Part shown: positions 18,693-31,763 of the stretch, piece by piece
Layout of the letters: each line of letters opens with the position of its first letter
Position numbering within the stretch: position 1 is the first letter of the stretch
NCBI GenBank assembly: GCA_030156615.1
Contig: JASGME010000001.1
Span: forward strand, 13,881 to 77,880
DNA length: 64,000 bases
Source of the DNA: Candidatus Woesearchaeota archaeon
GTDB lineage: Archaea; Nanobdellota; Nanobdellia; Woesearchaeales; UBA119
Direction: 5' to 3'
The notes under the pieces: generated by a model
Told to the model about the DNA's origin: nothing
The model's database searches: none
What the model saw: only the letters and a program-made list of their open reading frames with translations
Program-made: the position numbers and the translations under genes

Positions 18693-20579
18693 ATGCCAAA
18701 GAAAAAGAAAAAATCGTCCGAGTTTAATTTTAAAACTACAAAAGAAATTGAAGTTTCTAAAAAAATCATTGATCAGGTAATAGGGCAGGAAGAAGCAGTT
18801 AAGGTAATAAAAAAAGCAGCCAAGCAGATGAGACATGTTCTCCTCATTGGAGAGCCTGGCACAGGAAAGAGTATGCTCGGCTTAGCCCTTGCTGAATTGT
18901 TGCCAAAGGAAAAATTAGTTGATATTCTTGTTTTTCCTAATCCGCATGACGAAAACAAGCCTCTTGTTAGAACAGTTCCTGCAGGCAAAGGAAGGGAAAT
19001 TGTAAACAAATCAAGGATTTCTGCAGAAAGCATGTCAAAAAGAAACATCTGGATTTTCATTTTGCTTTTAGTTATTGCTTTAGTTGCTCCATGGTGGGTC
19101 CGGGCAGAATTCGGAGATATTATGGGAGCTGCAACCTTGCTCGGCTCATGGTTTATCTTTGGTGCATTTATGATTTTTATGAACTTGAACCAGCAGCGTG
19201 TTCAGAACAACATGTCGCCACATTTAATTGTAGATAATTTTGACAAAAAGCAGGTTCCTTTCTATGATGCAACAGGAGCACATGCAGGAGCTCTCTTAGG
19301 TGATGTCCTTCATGATCCATTCCAAACAGGTGGCTTAGGTACACCTGCACATAAGAGAATTGTAGCAGGTATGATTCATAAAGCAAACATTGGCGTGCTT
19401 TTTATTGATGAAATTGCAACACTGGACAGAATGACTCAGCAGGAACTTCTTACAGCACTCCAAGAAGGGCAATTTCCTATAACCGGCCAGAGCGAGAGAA
19501 GCGCAGGAGCAATTGTTAGGACAGAGCCAGTTCCGTGCAAATTTGTCTTAGTTGCAGCAGGAAATCTTGATACAATCAGAGATATGCATCCAGCACTTCG
19601 TTCCAGAATAAGAGGATATGGCTATGAAATTTTCATGTCTGATTCATTAAAAGATACGCCGCAAAATAGATTTAAAATCGCTCAGTTTGTAGCTCAGGAG
19701 GTTAAGAAAGACGGAAAAATTCCACACTTCACTAAGGATGCAGTTGAGGAAATCGTTAACGAAGCAAGAAGACGCTCAAACAGAAAAGGATACCTTACCC
19801 TCCTTTTAAGAGATTTAGGCGGCTTAATCAGGGCTGCAGGCGATGTTGCTCTTGAAGAGAAAAGCGAATATGTTGATAGAAATCATGTGCTTAAAGCAAA
19901 GAATCTAGCAAGAACACTTGAACAGCAGGTTGCAGATGATTACATTGAAAAGAAAAAGCAATACGAAGTAATCATGAGCAAAGGAAATGTTGTTGGCAGA
20001 GTCAATGGATTGGCTGTTTTAGGCAGCGGTAATGTCTATTCAGGAATATTGCTACCAATAGAAGCAGAAGTTGTTGCTGGAGGGAAGAAAGGAGATTTCA
20101 TTGCTACCGGAAAACTCGGAGATATTGCAAAGGAAGCTGTTGTTAATGTTTCAGCAATAGTTAAAAGGCTATTTGGTAAAGACCTTAAGGACAAATACGA
20201 TGTTTATGTTCAGTTCTTACAGACTTATGAAGGAGTTGAAGGGGATTCAGCAAGTGCAGCTGTTGCCACTGCCGTAATATCTGCTCTAACAAAAATACCA
20301 ATAAGACAGGAATTGGCAATGACCGGAAGTCTTTCTGTAAGAGGCGATGTTTTGCCTATTGGTGGTGTATCTGCAAAGCTTGAGGCTGCGATTGATGCTG
20401 GTATGAAGAAGGTTATAGTTCCATATAGTAATATTAATGATATAGTATTGCCGAAAGATAAGCTTAAGAAAATTAAAGTAATTCCAGTCAAGAATGTAAT
20501 TGATGTGCTCGAGAATGCTCTTGTTTGGGATAGCAAGAAAGATGTCTTTGAGAAAATCAAAAAAACTTTTATGCAATAA
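18693..20579 (+). CDS. lonB: Archaeal ATP-dependent Lon protease LonB (membrane-anchored)
   Basis: Walker A is GEPGTGKS. Two transmembrane helices are inserted in the AAA domain ([31 protein letters not shown]). A sensor-2 region is present. The protease domain carries the Ser-Lys dyad context [24 protein letters not shown]. Confidence 0.9.
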   Translation: MPKKKKKSSEFNFKTTKEIEVSKKIIDQVIGQEEAVKVIKKAAKQMRHVLLIGEPGTGKSMLGLALAELLPKEKLVDILVFPNPHDENKPLVRTVPAGKGREIVNKSRISAESMSKRNIWIFILLLVIALVAPWWVRAEFGDIMGAATLLGSWFIFGAFMIFMNLNQQRVQNNMSPHLIVDNFDKKQVPFYDATGAHAGALLGDVLHDPFQTGGLGTPAHKRIVAGMIHKANIGVLFIDEIATLDRMTQQELLTALQEGQFPITGQSERSAGAIVRTEPVPCKFVLVAAGNLDTIRDMHPALRSRIRGYGYEIFMSDSLKDTPQNRFKIAQFVAQEVKKDGKIPHFTKDAVEEIVNEARRRSNRKGYLTLLLRDLGGLIRAAGDVALEEKSEYVDRNHVLKAKNLARTLEQQVADDYIEKKKQYEVIMSKGNVVGRVNGLAVLGSGNVYSGILLPIEAEVVAGGKKGDFIATGKLGDIAKEAVVNVSAIVKRLFGKDLKDKYDVYVQFLQTYEGVEGDSASAAVATAVISALTKIPIRQELAMTGSLSVRGDVLPIGGVSAKLEAAIDAGMKKVIVPYSNINDIVLPKDKLKKIKVIPVKNVIDVLENALVWDSKKDVFEKIKKTFMQ

Positions 20580-20596
20580 TCTCTTTTTCATAAAAA

Positions 20597-21115
20597 ATGA
20601 TCATTTCAACTAAAGAGGGGGATAAAGGAAAAACAAAGATTATTAATGGAGAAGAGTTTTATAAAGACATTCCAATATTTGAAGCCATTGGAACAATAGA
20701 CGAATTAAATTCTTTTCTTGGTGTAGCCCGCCTAAAAACCTTTTTGTTCAGGGATGAGATAAAATACATTCAAACCAATTTGATTAAGATAAATGGTTAT
20801 ATAGCTCTTGGTCATGAAATCTTCAAAAAAGATGTTGAAAGTTTTTTTGATTGGCTTGAAAATGAAACTAGAAATAATGAGGAATCAATAGAGGTAAAAG
20901 AATTTATTATCTTTGGTGATGAGGAAGCATCATCTTGGCTTGATGTTTGCAGGACAATATGCAGAAGATGTGAGCGAAGGATAGTTTCTTTAATTCACAC
21001 AAAGGACAATAAAGAACTAGAGAATAAAGAATTGTCAATATTAACAAAGATATTCAATAGATTGTCAGATTTACTATTCATATATTCTATCCATGAATTG
21101 AATAAAACAAAATAA
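20597..21115 (+). CDS. ATP:cob(I)alamin adenosyltransferase, PduO/MMAB type
   Basis: The N-terminal motif ISTKEGDKGKTKI corresponds to the PduO-type signature (I/Y)T(K/R)xGDKGxTSL. The protein is about 170 aa and helical. Confidence 0.65.
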   Translation: MIISTKEGDKGKTKIINGEEFYKDIPIFEAIGTIDELNSFLGVARLKTFLFRDEIKYIQTNLIKINGYIALGHEIFKKDVESFFDWLENETRNNEESIEVKEFIIFGDEEASSWLDVCRTICRRCERRIVSLIHTKDNKELENKELSILTKIFNRLSDLLFIYSIHELNKTK

Positions 21116-21139
21116 TAAATAAAACAATACCTAAGAGCT

Positions 21140-23854
21140 TTAACCTACAGTGCAGGCACTCCAGCCACAATTATGACAAACCTTGCATCCTGATTCTGAT
21201 GTTAATTTGCTCCCGCATACCGGACACCTTTCTTCGTCATCTTTTATCTTATCTGTCTGTTTGCTTTCTTTTGTTTGCCTTGCTTGTTGTTTTCCTTCAT
21301 TCTCTTGCTTTTCTTTGCTCTCATTATTCACAAAAGAACCTAAGCTTTTGTTCAATCCCTCTGATTCTAAAATCTTTTGAATGTCAAGCAGTGTTGCAAA
21401 CCTCAAATTAGATTCATAAAGTTTTTTAAGAAGAGCTTTAGAATAATTTGAAGGCTTAATTATTTTATTTCCTTCTTTGCTAGAATCGACATTCAGCACC
21501 TGACCATACTTGCTTCCATCTCTATAAACTGTTACACCTTTGCAATTAAGTTCATGTGCAATGAGGTATGCATTTTTGATATCATCAACGCTAGAATCTT
21601 TTTTCATGTTTATTGTTTTGCTTATACTATCTGTAATCCATCTTTGCATCTCTGCTTGAGCAACTAAATGGTCAAGCCAGTGCAAATCCATTGCTGTAAC
21701 ATATATCTCTTTAAGATCATCAGGCAACTCATCAATTCCCTGCAAACTCCCTCCATTAGTGCTTATCTTCTTTAACATCTCTTCGCTATGAAGACCTCTA
21801 AGTTTAAGTTCTTCTTCAAATACAGGATCAACATAAAAGAAGTTTCCTACAGTTACATTCTTCTCAAAAACAATTGCAAATATTGGCTCAATCCCGCTAG
21901 TTGTGTCTGCAATCATACTCACAGAACCAGTAGGGGGAGATGTAGAAACCATTGCATTCCTGACGCCTTTCTGAGATATCTGTTTGGCAAGATCTTCCCA
22001 GTTTAATGTCCATAGCTCTTTCTGATAAAAACCTTCGATAGGAAGATCCCCTTTTGTATAATTGCTTTTCTTAAATAGAGGGAATGCTCCTCTTTCTTCT
22101 GCAATCTTCATTGATTCAAAATATGCATAGTATGTAAGATGTTCGCTGACCTTCCTCATAAATTTAAAGCCTTCTTCACTATTATACTTAACCTTCATCA
22201 TGAAGAGTGCTTCTGCTAAGCCCATCATGCCAACTCCAATCCTTCTTGTTAATTTTGTCGCTTTTTTTATCTTCTCAAGAGGATATCTATTTATCTCCAT
22301 CATATTGTTAAGATATCTTGTCACTTTCCTTACAATACCATGAAATTCATCCCAATTGAATTTTCCATCTTCAACAAACTTGCTTAGATTGATGCTTGCA
22401 AGGTTGCACGATTCGTTTGGATAAAGAGGTTCTTCTCCACAGGGATTTGTTACTCTGATTTTTTCTCCAATTGCTGGCTCGAGAACATTTCTTTTGTTTA
22501 TATTATCAAAAAACAATACTCCTGGATCAGCAATTGACCACGCATAGTAAGATATTAAATCAAATAGCTCTCTTGCATCCTGCTTTTTTACTTCTTCTCC
22601 TGTTCTTGGATTCTTAAGAGGATATTTCTTTCCTTCGTATAATGAATTCCAGAAGTATTCCCATATCCCTGCAGAGATATTGAAGTTTGATAACATTCCA
22701 TCTTTCTCCTTTGCTTTAACAAAATCAATAATATCCGGATGCCAATCCTCTAATATTCCCATATTGGCACCTCTTCTAACGCCGCCTTGTTTTATCACAT
22801 CTGAGACAGCATCAACTAATTTCATGAATGATATAGGACCTGATGAGACACCTTTCGTAGAATCAACCACATCGTCTTTTGGTCTTAGTTTTGAGAAATT
22901 TATTCCAGTTCCCCCTCCACATTTCTGGATTATTGCAACATCATGACAAAGTTCCATTATGGATTCCATATCGTCTTCTACATTTAATGTAAAGCATGCT
23001 GAGAGCATTCCTAGTCTTCTTCCTCCATTGATTAGAGCAGGAGTGTTTGGCATAAAACATTTCTTGCTTAATAATTCAAAAGCCTCGTCAATCATAGATC
23101 CATACTTGTTAAAATAGCCATCTTCAATTAGCTTTAAGAAATCATCGACAGATAGTTTAATATGTCCTTCTTCTTTTTGTTCCTTAAATAGCTCAAGCAA
23201 CTGTTCAAACATATAACGATTTATCTTGTATTTCCCTATTGAATATCTAGAATCAAAATCTTCTGATGAAGCAATCAGTTCATCTATCCTCTTTACATCG
23301 TCTTTTGAGTTTGTTTCGCTTGGTTCTTTTGAATACACCTTTTCATCAAATACAAGCTCTCCTAAGATAGAGACGATGCTTACTCTCTCAAAAAGCTCCC
23401 GAGGCCTTTCAACAATCTCATTATTCTCATTCTTAATTAAATATCTTGAAGCCAATACGCGCAATGCACTAAGTGAGAATGATTTTTCTATATCATCTAA
23501 TTCTTTTACATTTAACACTAATCTTTTTTCATTTCTTATATCTGCTTTCTTTTTTCTATAAAGAATGAATGCCTTAGCAACATCAAAAAGATTATTTCTC
23601 ATTAAAGAAATCTCAATGATATCCTGAATCTCTTCTACATTCGGTTCTTTATCTTTTAATTGTTTTTCTATAAGGTTTAATGCATCATTTACAACTTTGT
23701 TCAATAATTTTTCATCAGCTTTGTTCTGTGCAAGCATTGCTTTCCAAATTGAATTCTTGATTCTTGCAACATCAAACTCTGTTCTTGAGCCTGTCCTTTT
23801 GATAACCATCTTTGGCAAGTTTCTCGTCTCTTTTTTTTCCATTTTCAACCCCAC
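21140..23854 (-). CDS. nrdJ: Ribonucleoside-diphosphate/triphosphate reductase, class II (adenosylcobalamin-dependent) with N-terminal ATP-cone and C-terminal Zn-ribbon
   Basis: ATP-cone is VIKRTGSRTEFDVARIKNSIWKA. Active site is VTNPCGEEPL. The C-terminal ribbon is CPVCGSKL...CKVCHNCGW. Length is 904 aa. Confidence 0.8.
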   Translation of the reverse strand: MGLKMEKKETRNLPKMVIKRTGSRTEFDVARIKNSIWKAMLAQNKADEKLLNKVVNDALNLIEKQLKDKEPNVEEIQDIIEISLMRNNLFDVAKAFILYRKKKADIRNEKRLVLNVKELDDIEKSFSLSALRVLASRYLIKNENNEIVERPRELFERVSIVSILGELVFDEKVYSKEPSETNSKDDVKRIDELIASSEDFDSRYSIGKYKINRYMFEQLLELFKEQKEEGHIKLSVDDFLKLIEDGYFNKYGSMIDEAFELLSKKCFMPNTPALINGGRRLGMLSACFTLNVEDDMESIMELCHDVAIIQKCGGGTGINFSKLRPKDDVVDSTKGVSSGPISFMKLVDAVSDVIKQGGVRRGANMGILEDWHPDIIDFVKAKEKDGMLSNFNISAGIWEYFWNSLYEGKKYPLKNPRTGEEVKKQDARELFDLISYYAWSIADPGVLFFDNINKRNVLEPAIGEKIRVTNPCGEEPLYPNESCNLASINLSKFVEDGKFNWDEFHGIVRKVTRYLNNMMEINRYPLEKIKKATKLTRRIGVGMMGLAEALFMMKVKYNSEEGFKFMRKVSEHLTYYAYFESMKIAEERGAFPLFKKSNYTKGDLPIEGFYQKELWTLNWEDLAKQISQKGVRNAMVSTSPPTGSVSMIADTTSGIEPIFAIVFEKNVTVGNFFYVDPVFEEELKLRGLHSEEMLKKISTNGGSLQGIDELPDDLKEIYVTAMDLHWLDHLVAQAEMQRWITDSISKTINMKKDSSVDDIKNAYLIAHELNCKGVTVYRDGSKYGQVLNVDSSKEGNKIIKPSNYSKALLKKLYESNLRFATLLDIQKILESEGLNKSLGSFVNNESKEKQENEGKQQARQTKESKQTDKIKDDEERCPVCGSKLTSESGCKVCHNCGWSACTVG

Positions 23855-23977
23855 CTTTTTTGCATTTTTTATTAGAAAAACATAATTACATTTTTTTCTT
23901 ATGTTTAAAAAACTTTAGATTGTTGAAAGGATATAAAGAAAATCGATAAAAAGAATTAATTGCTTTTTAATAGGATT

Positions 23978-25282
23978 TTATAAGGTCGGATTGACAACTT
24001 TCCCAAGAAATAAGATAGCTCCTGTCTCTTTTTCTTGTATAATAAAGATAAAAGGATGATCTGCATTAAATATCTTCATGTTCCTTGGCATAGCAGTTTC
24101 TACCATACCAACAGCGGTTGCAGCAGCAGCTTCAGTTCCTTCTTCATCAACATTAACGTAGGCCTGATGGATTACCTGATTAATAAACAGATTTCTTTTT
24201 CCGTCAATACCTGAAAAATCAGCATCGCTAGAAAATGCACTATGCATTCCCATTGCACTTAATACTTCTTTCATAAAATATTTTGTATCAAACTCAAATT
24301 TTGGAACTGAAATTGAATCTAACTTTGTTTTTTTCATATGAGCTTTATATTCATTTAGTTTCTCAGCAGAAAGTTCTATATCTCCAAGAGTATAATTATA
24401 AACAATTATTTCTTCAGTTTCATAATCATACGTTTCTCCTTGTTTTGGTAATAATATTAACATAGAAATGTTTTCTCCTTTATATGGTAATTCCAAAATT
24501 TGCAGTTTTTCTAATTCAGCATAATTAAATTCAGTCTTATCCGGATCCATATGCATCATTTGAATTTTTACAACCTCTTTTGGGGTGATTTTAAAATCCT
24601 TCTCTTTTGTATCTGACTTGTCAAACTCCCATTCCCATGTTCCTTTAAAATAAATAGCATTTGTAAGAACCAATCTTGTCAATTCGTTAATAGCTCCTTC
24701 AGGTATTAAATCTTTAATTTTGCCATTGGTTTGTTCTTCAATAAAAGAATTGATAGTTTGTATAGATTTTTCTGGTTCTCTGACAAAATCAACATTTACT
24801 GCTTTTCCTCCATAATATCTCTCTACTATGTTTAGATAATCATCAAGGAACGGATAATCTTGTTGAACCCATAAGGCATTTCCAGTTTTTAATTCATATT
24901 CTTTGTCTTCTTTATTGATGTTGTTATAAATTGCAGCAAAATTAGCTCTTAAAGTGTCAACTTCAGGGAAATGAAGAACTGATTCCATTTCTTCTGCTGT
25001 CTCTCCTTTTGCACCTTCATAAGTCATTGCTAAAGCTGAAAAAATACTATAAGGAGAATAAAAGATATTTCCTGTTTCAGATTGCTCTAATTGGTAATAT
25101 AAATCAAAAGCAAATTGATTTACGGCATTAACAACTTCTTGAGTTCCATATTGCGTTGCATTTGTATCATCAGCCTTTGGTGGTTGATCTGGTTGATATG
25201 GAAAGAGGAATAGTAATCCTGTGGCACTTACCGCACTTATGATAATTAGCACAAATATAATTATTAATATTTTTTTACTCAT
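23978..25282 (-). CDS. Serpin (serine protease inhibitor), membrane-anchored/secreted
   Basis: N-terminal signal-anchor is present. The hinge/RCL is VDEEGTEAAAATAVGMVETAMP. The C-terminal serpin signature is FNADHPFIFIIQEKETGAILFLGKVVNP. Confidence 0.8.
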   Translation of the reverse strand: MSKKILIIIFVLIIISAVSATGLLFLFPYQPDQPPKADDTNATQYGTQEVVNAVNQFAFDLYYQLEQSETGNIFYSPYSIFSALAMTYEGAKGETAEEMESVLHFPEVDTLRANFAAIYNNINKEDKEYELKTGNALWVQQDYPFLDDYLNIVERYYGGKAVNVDFVREPEKSIQTINSFIEEQTNGKIKDLIPEGAINELTRLVLTNAIYFKGTWEWEFDKSDTKEKDFKITPKEVVKIQMMHMDPDKTEFNYAELEKLQILELPYKGENISMLILLPKQGETYDYETEEIIVYNYTLGDIELSAEKLNEYKAHMKKTKLDSISVPKFEFDTKYFMKEVLSAMGMHSAFSSDADFSGIDGKRNLFINQVIHQAYVNVDEEGTEAAAATAVGMVETAMPRNMKIFNADHPFIFIIQEKETGAILFLGKVVNPTL

Positions 25283-25502
25283 AACCTCTATTAAGGTCTT
25301 TTATTATATAAATCTTCCTTTGATTTCAATTTAAATTGAAGTTATAATTCTTATTATTTGACTTTATTTTCAATGAATTAATCTATATATTCATCATGTT
25401 ATTAAATCCAAGCAAAGAAAGTTTAATTTATTTCTTAGAACTTCTAAAATTTTCAGCGCGAATGAGAAAACTTTTTAAATAGATTATTATAAAATCATCA
25501 CA

Positions 25503-26711
25503 ATGACTCCATTAGGATATCTGGCTTCCCTTGCTCTCCTATTGATATTAGGAATTCTTGTTACTTATCTATCATATAAAATAAAGATTCCTAATGTGAT
25601 TCTCCTAATCCTCTTAGGAGTTGCTCTTTCTTATGTCCCAAATCCTTTTAATCTGAGCGAGCCTCTCATAAGCTTTGATCATACCTTTTTGGTAACTATG
25701 GGCATCTTTTCTCTTGCAATAATTGTTTTTGAATCTTCAAGTCATTTTAGTTTCAAAGAGGTTGATAGCGTATCAAGCAAGGCATTAAGGATTACTCTTG
25801 TCTTTACAACCCTTACTCTAATTGGACTAACTCTGGCTGGAAAGCTATTCTTTCCTAACAGGGGTTGGGTTTCTTTAATGATATTTGCAGCTGCAATGTG
25901 TGGGACATCGCCAGATGTGGTTCTTTCAAGCTTTAAAAAAAATACAAACAATATAATAAAAACACTTCAAGTTGAATCAATAGTTAATACCCCTATTAAT
26001 GTTCTTCTCCCTTTCATAATTATTGATTTCATAACTGCTCCTGAGATAGCTGATTCAAGAGCAGCATTAATTCCTTTGTTTGGTCAGGCAATCCTTATGA
26101 AGATAATTGCAGGAATAGGAACAGGAGTTCTTTTTGGATTTATTCTTTTGAGAATTCTTAAGAAGAACGGAAAAAAGAAGATAGCTCCAGTAATTCTCTT
26201 GGCAATGGCTCTTTTAACATATGTAGTTGCAGAAGCCTTAGAAGGAAATGGCGTGCTTGCTGTTACTGTTCTAGGCCTGATTTTTGGCAACAGTTTCCTT
26301 AAAAGGAAAACAAGCATAAAAAATTTTTCATCAACCCTTTCCTTGTCTTTAGAGATACTTATCTTTATCCTAATAGGATTCCTTATTCGTGTTCCTCTTG
26401 ACTTGGTCTTCTTTGTAAAAACAGTGGCTTTATTTGGAATTTATATCTTGCTGAGATGGATAGCAATTCTCATCTCATTAAGGAAAGGAAAAGAGACTGC
26501 TAAAGAAAAGCTTTTTTTGGCTTTGAATGCCCCAAAGGGAATTGCTGTAGCGGTTGTAGCTTTCGTGCTTTCAGTTAGCAATGTTCCAGAGATCTCTTTC
26601 TCTTTAGATTTGATATTCAGTTTCATTCTATTGAGTGTTATTGTTTCAACAATCATTACGCGTTTTTCAGATAAATTTATCGATGGCAAGGTTGAGATAA
26701 ATAATCTCTGA
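25503..26711 (+). CDS. Monovalent cation:proton antiporter (CPA1/NhaP-like), 10-12 transmembrane helices
   Basis: Polytopic membrane protein with the pattern typical of Na+/H+ exchangers (GxxxSxTDPV-like region CGTSPDVV). Confidence 0.55.
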   Translation: MTPLGYLASLALLLILGILVTYLSYKIKIPNVILLILLGVALSYVPNPFNLSEPLISFDHTFLVTMGIFSLAIIVFESSSHFSFKEVDSVSSKALRITLVFTTLTLIGLTLAGKLFFPNRGWVSLMIFAAAMCGTSPDVVLSSFKKNTNNIIKTLQVESIVNTPINVLLPFIIIDFITAPEIADSRAALIPLFGQAILMKIIAGIGTGVLFGFILLRILKKNGKKKIAPVILLAMALLTYVVAEALEGNGVLAVTVLGLIFGNSFLKRKTSIKNFSSTLSLSLEILIFILIGFLIRVPLDLVFFVKTVALFGIYILLRWIAILISLRKGKETAKEKLFLALNAPKGIAVAVVAFVLSVSNVPEISFSLDLIFSFILLSVIVSTIITRFSDKFIDGKVEINNL

Positions 26712-26862
26712 ATTAAATAAAAACAATTAAATAAAAACAGATTAAATGAAAGAATAGATAAAATCTAATTTAATGAAGACATTTCCATAGAAAAGTTTAT
26801 AAAAGGAGCTTGACTCCACTATCTTGCTCTTTTAGAAGAGCATAACTATCGCCACCTTTGTC

Positions 26863-26888
26863 TTAGATTTAGTTTTTAGATTTAGTTT
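26863..26888. repeat. Perfect tandem duplication of 13 nt (ttagatttagttt x2) about 100 nt upstream of the 16S rRNA
   Basis: Read directly from the sequence. It lies in the rRNA promoter/leader region. Confidence 0.6.
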
Positions 26889-26986
26889 AAACATACTTAT
26901 GAATACTTGACAACCTTGTCAAGTACGATGTGGGTTGTCTCGAAAGAGAATTTCTATAGCAAGAGTCTTGTGGCCAAAAGAATCGC

Positions 26987-28453
<1,467 letters not shown>

Positions 28454-28509
28454 TTTTTTATTTTCATCTTTCGGGACAGCCCCCTTATATTCCTTTTTTG
28501 GGGATGTAA

Positions 28510-28583
28510 GGGCCTGTAGCTCAACTTGGGAGAGCGTCGCCTTTGCAAGGCGGAGGCTTCGGGTTCAAATCCCGACGGGTCCA
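28510..28583 (+). tRNA. tRNA-Ala (anticodon TGC) in the 16S-23S spacer; no encoded CCA
   Basis: Manual fold gives acceptor gggcctg/cgggtcc with the G3:U70 Ala identity pair, anticodon loop ttTGCaa, and T-loop ttcaaat. Confidence 0.85.
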
Positions 28584-28689
28584 TTTTAGTCGTAGTTCGA
28601 TACCGCAAGATATCGGATGGTAGGCCGATCCTCTTTTAGAGGTGCTTGATTCATTTTATCAAGTTATTTTGATGAGGCCAATCATAGGA

Positions 28690-31615
28690 GACTGGAAAAC
28701 AGGATAGATAAGATTCTACTAAGCCATCAGATGGATGACTTGGCTTGAGAAGCCGATGAAGGACGTGGCAAGCTGCGAAAAGTCTCGGGGAGTTGCATGC
28801 AGACCTTGATCCGAGAATTTCCTAATGGGACTTCCTGTTCCTTCGGGAACACTCCTTTTGGAGGGGGAACGCGGAGAATTGAAACATCTTAGTATCCGCA
28901 GGAAAAGAAATCAATTGAGATGTCGTAATTAGGGGCGACCGAAAGCGACGAAAGGCAAACTGAATCTCTTATAGCAATATAAGAGAGATGTGGTGTTTCG
29001 GCTATCTTGATTTCTTGTATGTCTAACTTAAGTCTTCTGGAAAGAAGCACCATAGAGGGTGATAGTCCCGTAAGAGAAAGCATGCAAGAATGTGATAGTA
29101 CCGAGAGTAGCGTCTATTGGATATTAGGCGTGAATATGGGGGACATTAACCTCTAACCTTAAATACTTCTCAAGTCCGATAGCGAAATAGTACCGTGAGG
29201 GAAAGTTGAAAAGAACCCTTGGCAGGGTGTGAAAAGAGCCTGAAATCTGATGGTTATACCGGGATAGGGCACTATGTGTGTTCTATCGTACGTTTTGAAT
29301 AACGGGCCAGGGAGTATATCTATGTGGCGAGAATAACCTTCTATGAAGGGGATTCGTAGGGAAACCGAAAAGTTCGCAGCAATGCGAGGAACTGAGTTTT
29401 AAAATGCTCGGAGTCACGTGGATTAGACCCGAAACCGCACGATCTACGCCTGAGTAAGGTGAAGCGAGGGTAAAACCTCGTGGAGGCCTGCAGAGGTGCT
29501 ATGGACAAGTGCTCTTCTAACTTGGGTGTAGGAGTGAAATGCCAATCGAGTGCGGATATAGCTGGTTCCAGCCGAAATTGGCCTAAGTCAAGCCTCGAGG
29601 GAGATGTCTTATGTGGTAGAGATACTGATAGGAGATTTAGGGGGAGAAATCCCTCGGTTTTCTGTCAAACTCCGAATGCATAAGAGTCGTAGATCTCGGG
29701 AGACGGGGGCAGGGGGTAAACTCCTGTTCCAAGAGGGGAACAACCCAGACTCTAGTTAAGGTCCCAAAATGTTGACTAAGTGCGAAAGGCCAAAAGGTGT
29801 CTATCTCCTAAGACAGAGAGGAGGTTGGCTTAGAAGCAGCCATCCTTTAAAAAGTGCGTAACAGCTTACTCTTCGAGGGGGTAGGCCCTGAAGATCGACG
29901 GGGCTAAGTCGACTACCGATACTAGGGATATGCCAAAAGCATATGATAGGCTGGCGTTCTATAAGGGCGGAATCATCTCTTCAAGGAGATGTGGACCTTA
30001 TAGAATTGAAAATCCTGGCAGTAGTAGGATCTAAGCAGGGTGAGAGTCCTTGCCACCGAAAGGGCTAGGGTTCCTTGACAATGCTGATCAGTCAAGGGTT
30101 AGTTGGTCCTAACCGGCGACCTAACAGGTTAGTCCGGGAAAGGGAAACAGGTTAATATTCCTGTACAATCTGGATATCCGGCAACGAAAGATCTTTTTTC
30201 GACGGTTCAGGGTAGACATAGACAAGCTGTCGCTTGTTTCAAGGGGTATAAATCTTTGGAGTATCGTAATGATGAGAAAAAGATGAAAACTCCGATGAGC
30301 ATCCGCGAGGGTGTTATGTTGATCCCAGGACTCAGTGAAAAGAGAAAAGATATAGATTCCAGATTGCCATACCGAGATCCGACACAGGTGCCCCTGGGTG
30401 AGTAGCCCAAGGTGTGCGGGTGATAATCCAGTCGAGGGAAGTCGGCAAATTAGTCCCGTACCTTCGGAATAAGGGATCCCTGAGATTGTTCTCTTAAGAG
30501 TGCAACCTCAGGGCTCAGTGACAAGGGGGATCCGACTGTTTAACAAAAACATAGCCAACTGCTAGTTCGAAAGGATTTGTATAGTTGGTGAAGTCTGCCC
30601 AGTGCCAGTACTTTAAACTTCGGTTCAACGGAGCGAAGAGCTGGTAAACGGCGGGAGTAACTATAACTCTCTTAAGGTAGCGTAATACCTTGCCATTTAA
30701 ATAATGGCTTGCATGAATGGCGTAACGAGATCCCCACTGTCCCCGACTGGAAACCCCTGAACTTCCTGTACTGGTGTGGAGGCCAGTGTCTTCCAGTGGG
30801 ACGTGAAGACCCCGTGAAACTTTACTGTAGTCTGTGGTTGAGGAGCGAGTTTTGATGTGCAGGCTAGGTGGGAGTTGTTGAGGCTTGGCCGTCAGGTCAA
30901 GTGTAGACGAAAGATGAGAAACCACCCTTCAAGACTCACTTCTCTAACTAACATTTTGTTAGGACACCCATTGATGGACAGTTTGACTGGGGCGGTACTC
31001 CGCTGAAAAGATATCAGTGGAGCCCAAAGGTTGGCTCATTCGGATTGGAAACCCGAAGTTGAGTGCAAAGGCAAAAGCCAGCCTGACTGAATCCTAGACA
31101 AGGAAGGATTCAGAAACGAAAGTTTGGCTTAGCGAACCTCTATCTCTCCTTAATGGGGGGTAGAGATGACCGAAAAGTTACTCCGGGGATAACAGAGTTG
31201 TCTCTCCCGAAAGTCCATATTGACGGAGAGGCTTGCTACATCGCTGTCGGCTCTTCCTATCCTGGCCGTGCAGAAGCGGCCAAGGGTGGGGGTGCTCACC
31301 CATTAAAAGGGATCGTTAGCTGGGTTCAATACGCTGTGAGGCAGTATGTTTAATATCTACTGGAAGTGTTTATGGTCTGATGGGAAGAACCCTCTAGTAC
31401 GAGAGGAACGAGGGATCGAGGCCTCTGGTCTATCGGTTGTCTGACAAGGCAGGCCGAGCAGCTACGCCTTAGGGGATAAGTGCTGAAAGCATCTAAGCAC
31501 GAAGCCCTCCTAGAAAAGAGACCAAGGACACGGGAAGAAGACCCGTTTGATGGAACTGGCGTGTAAGCATCAAGCCTTCGGGCGAGGTGTTCAGCGCGCA
31601 GTCCCCAACAGTCCG
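28690..31615 (+). rRNA. rrl: 23S ribosomal RNA (archaeal), boundaries approximate
   Basis: The 5' region has gccgatgaaggacgtggcaagctgcgaaa. The sarcin-ricin loop context is agtacgagaggaac. The 3' region has ctgaaagcatctaagc. No 5S follows. Confidence 0.85.
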
Positions 31616-31763
31616 ATTTATCTTATCACTTTTTTCAGTCTCCTATGGTTTTAGCCTCTTTTTTTCTTTCACTTTTTTCTTTTCTTTTTCTTTTTTATCA
31701 AATTCCATTTAGAATTCCATTTATGGAAAGACTTAAATAAAATGATTTTAATTCTTTAAATCT

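Noticed and set aside
18693-23854. Inteins in LonB or the class II RNR (common intein hosts in archaea)
   Set aside because: Both proteins have lengths and contiguous motif spacing consistent with intein-free versions. No Cys/Ser...HN splice-junction blocks interrupt the catalytic motifs.
26863-26888. Possibility of a CRISPR array
   Set aside because: Only a single 13-nt tandem duplication with no spacers. No other regularly spaced repeats and no cas genes are in the window.
31616-31763. 5S rRNA downstream of the 23S
   Set aside because: The interval is about 145 nt, pyrimidine-rich and low-complexity (tttttctttcactttttt...), with no 5S-like helices discernible.
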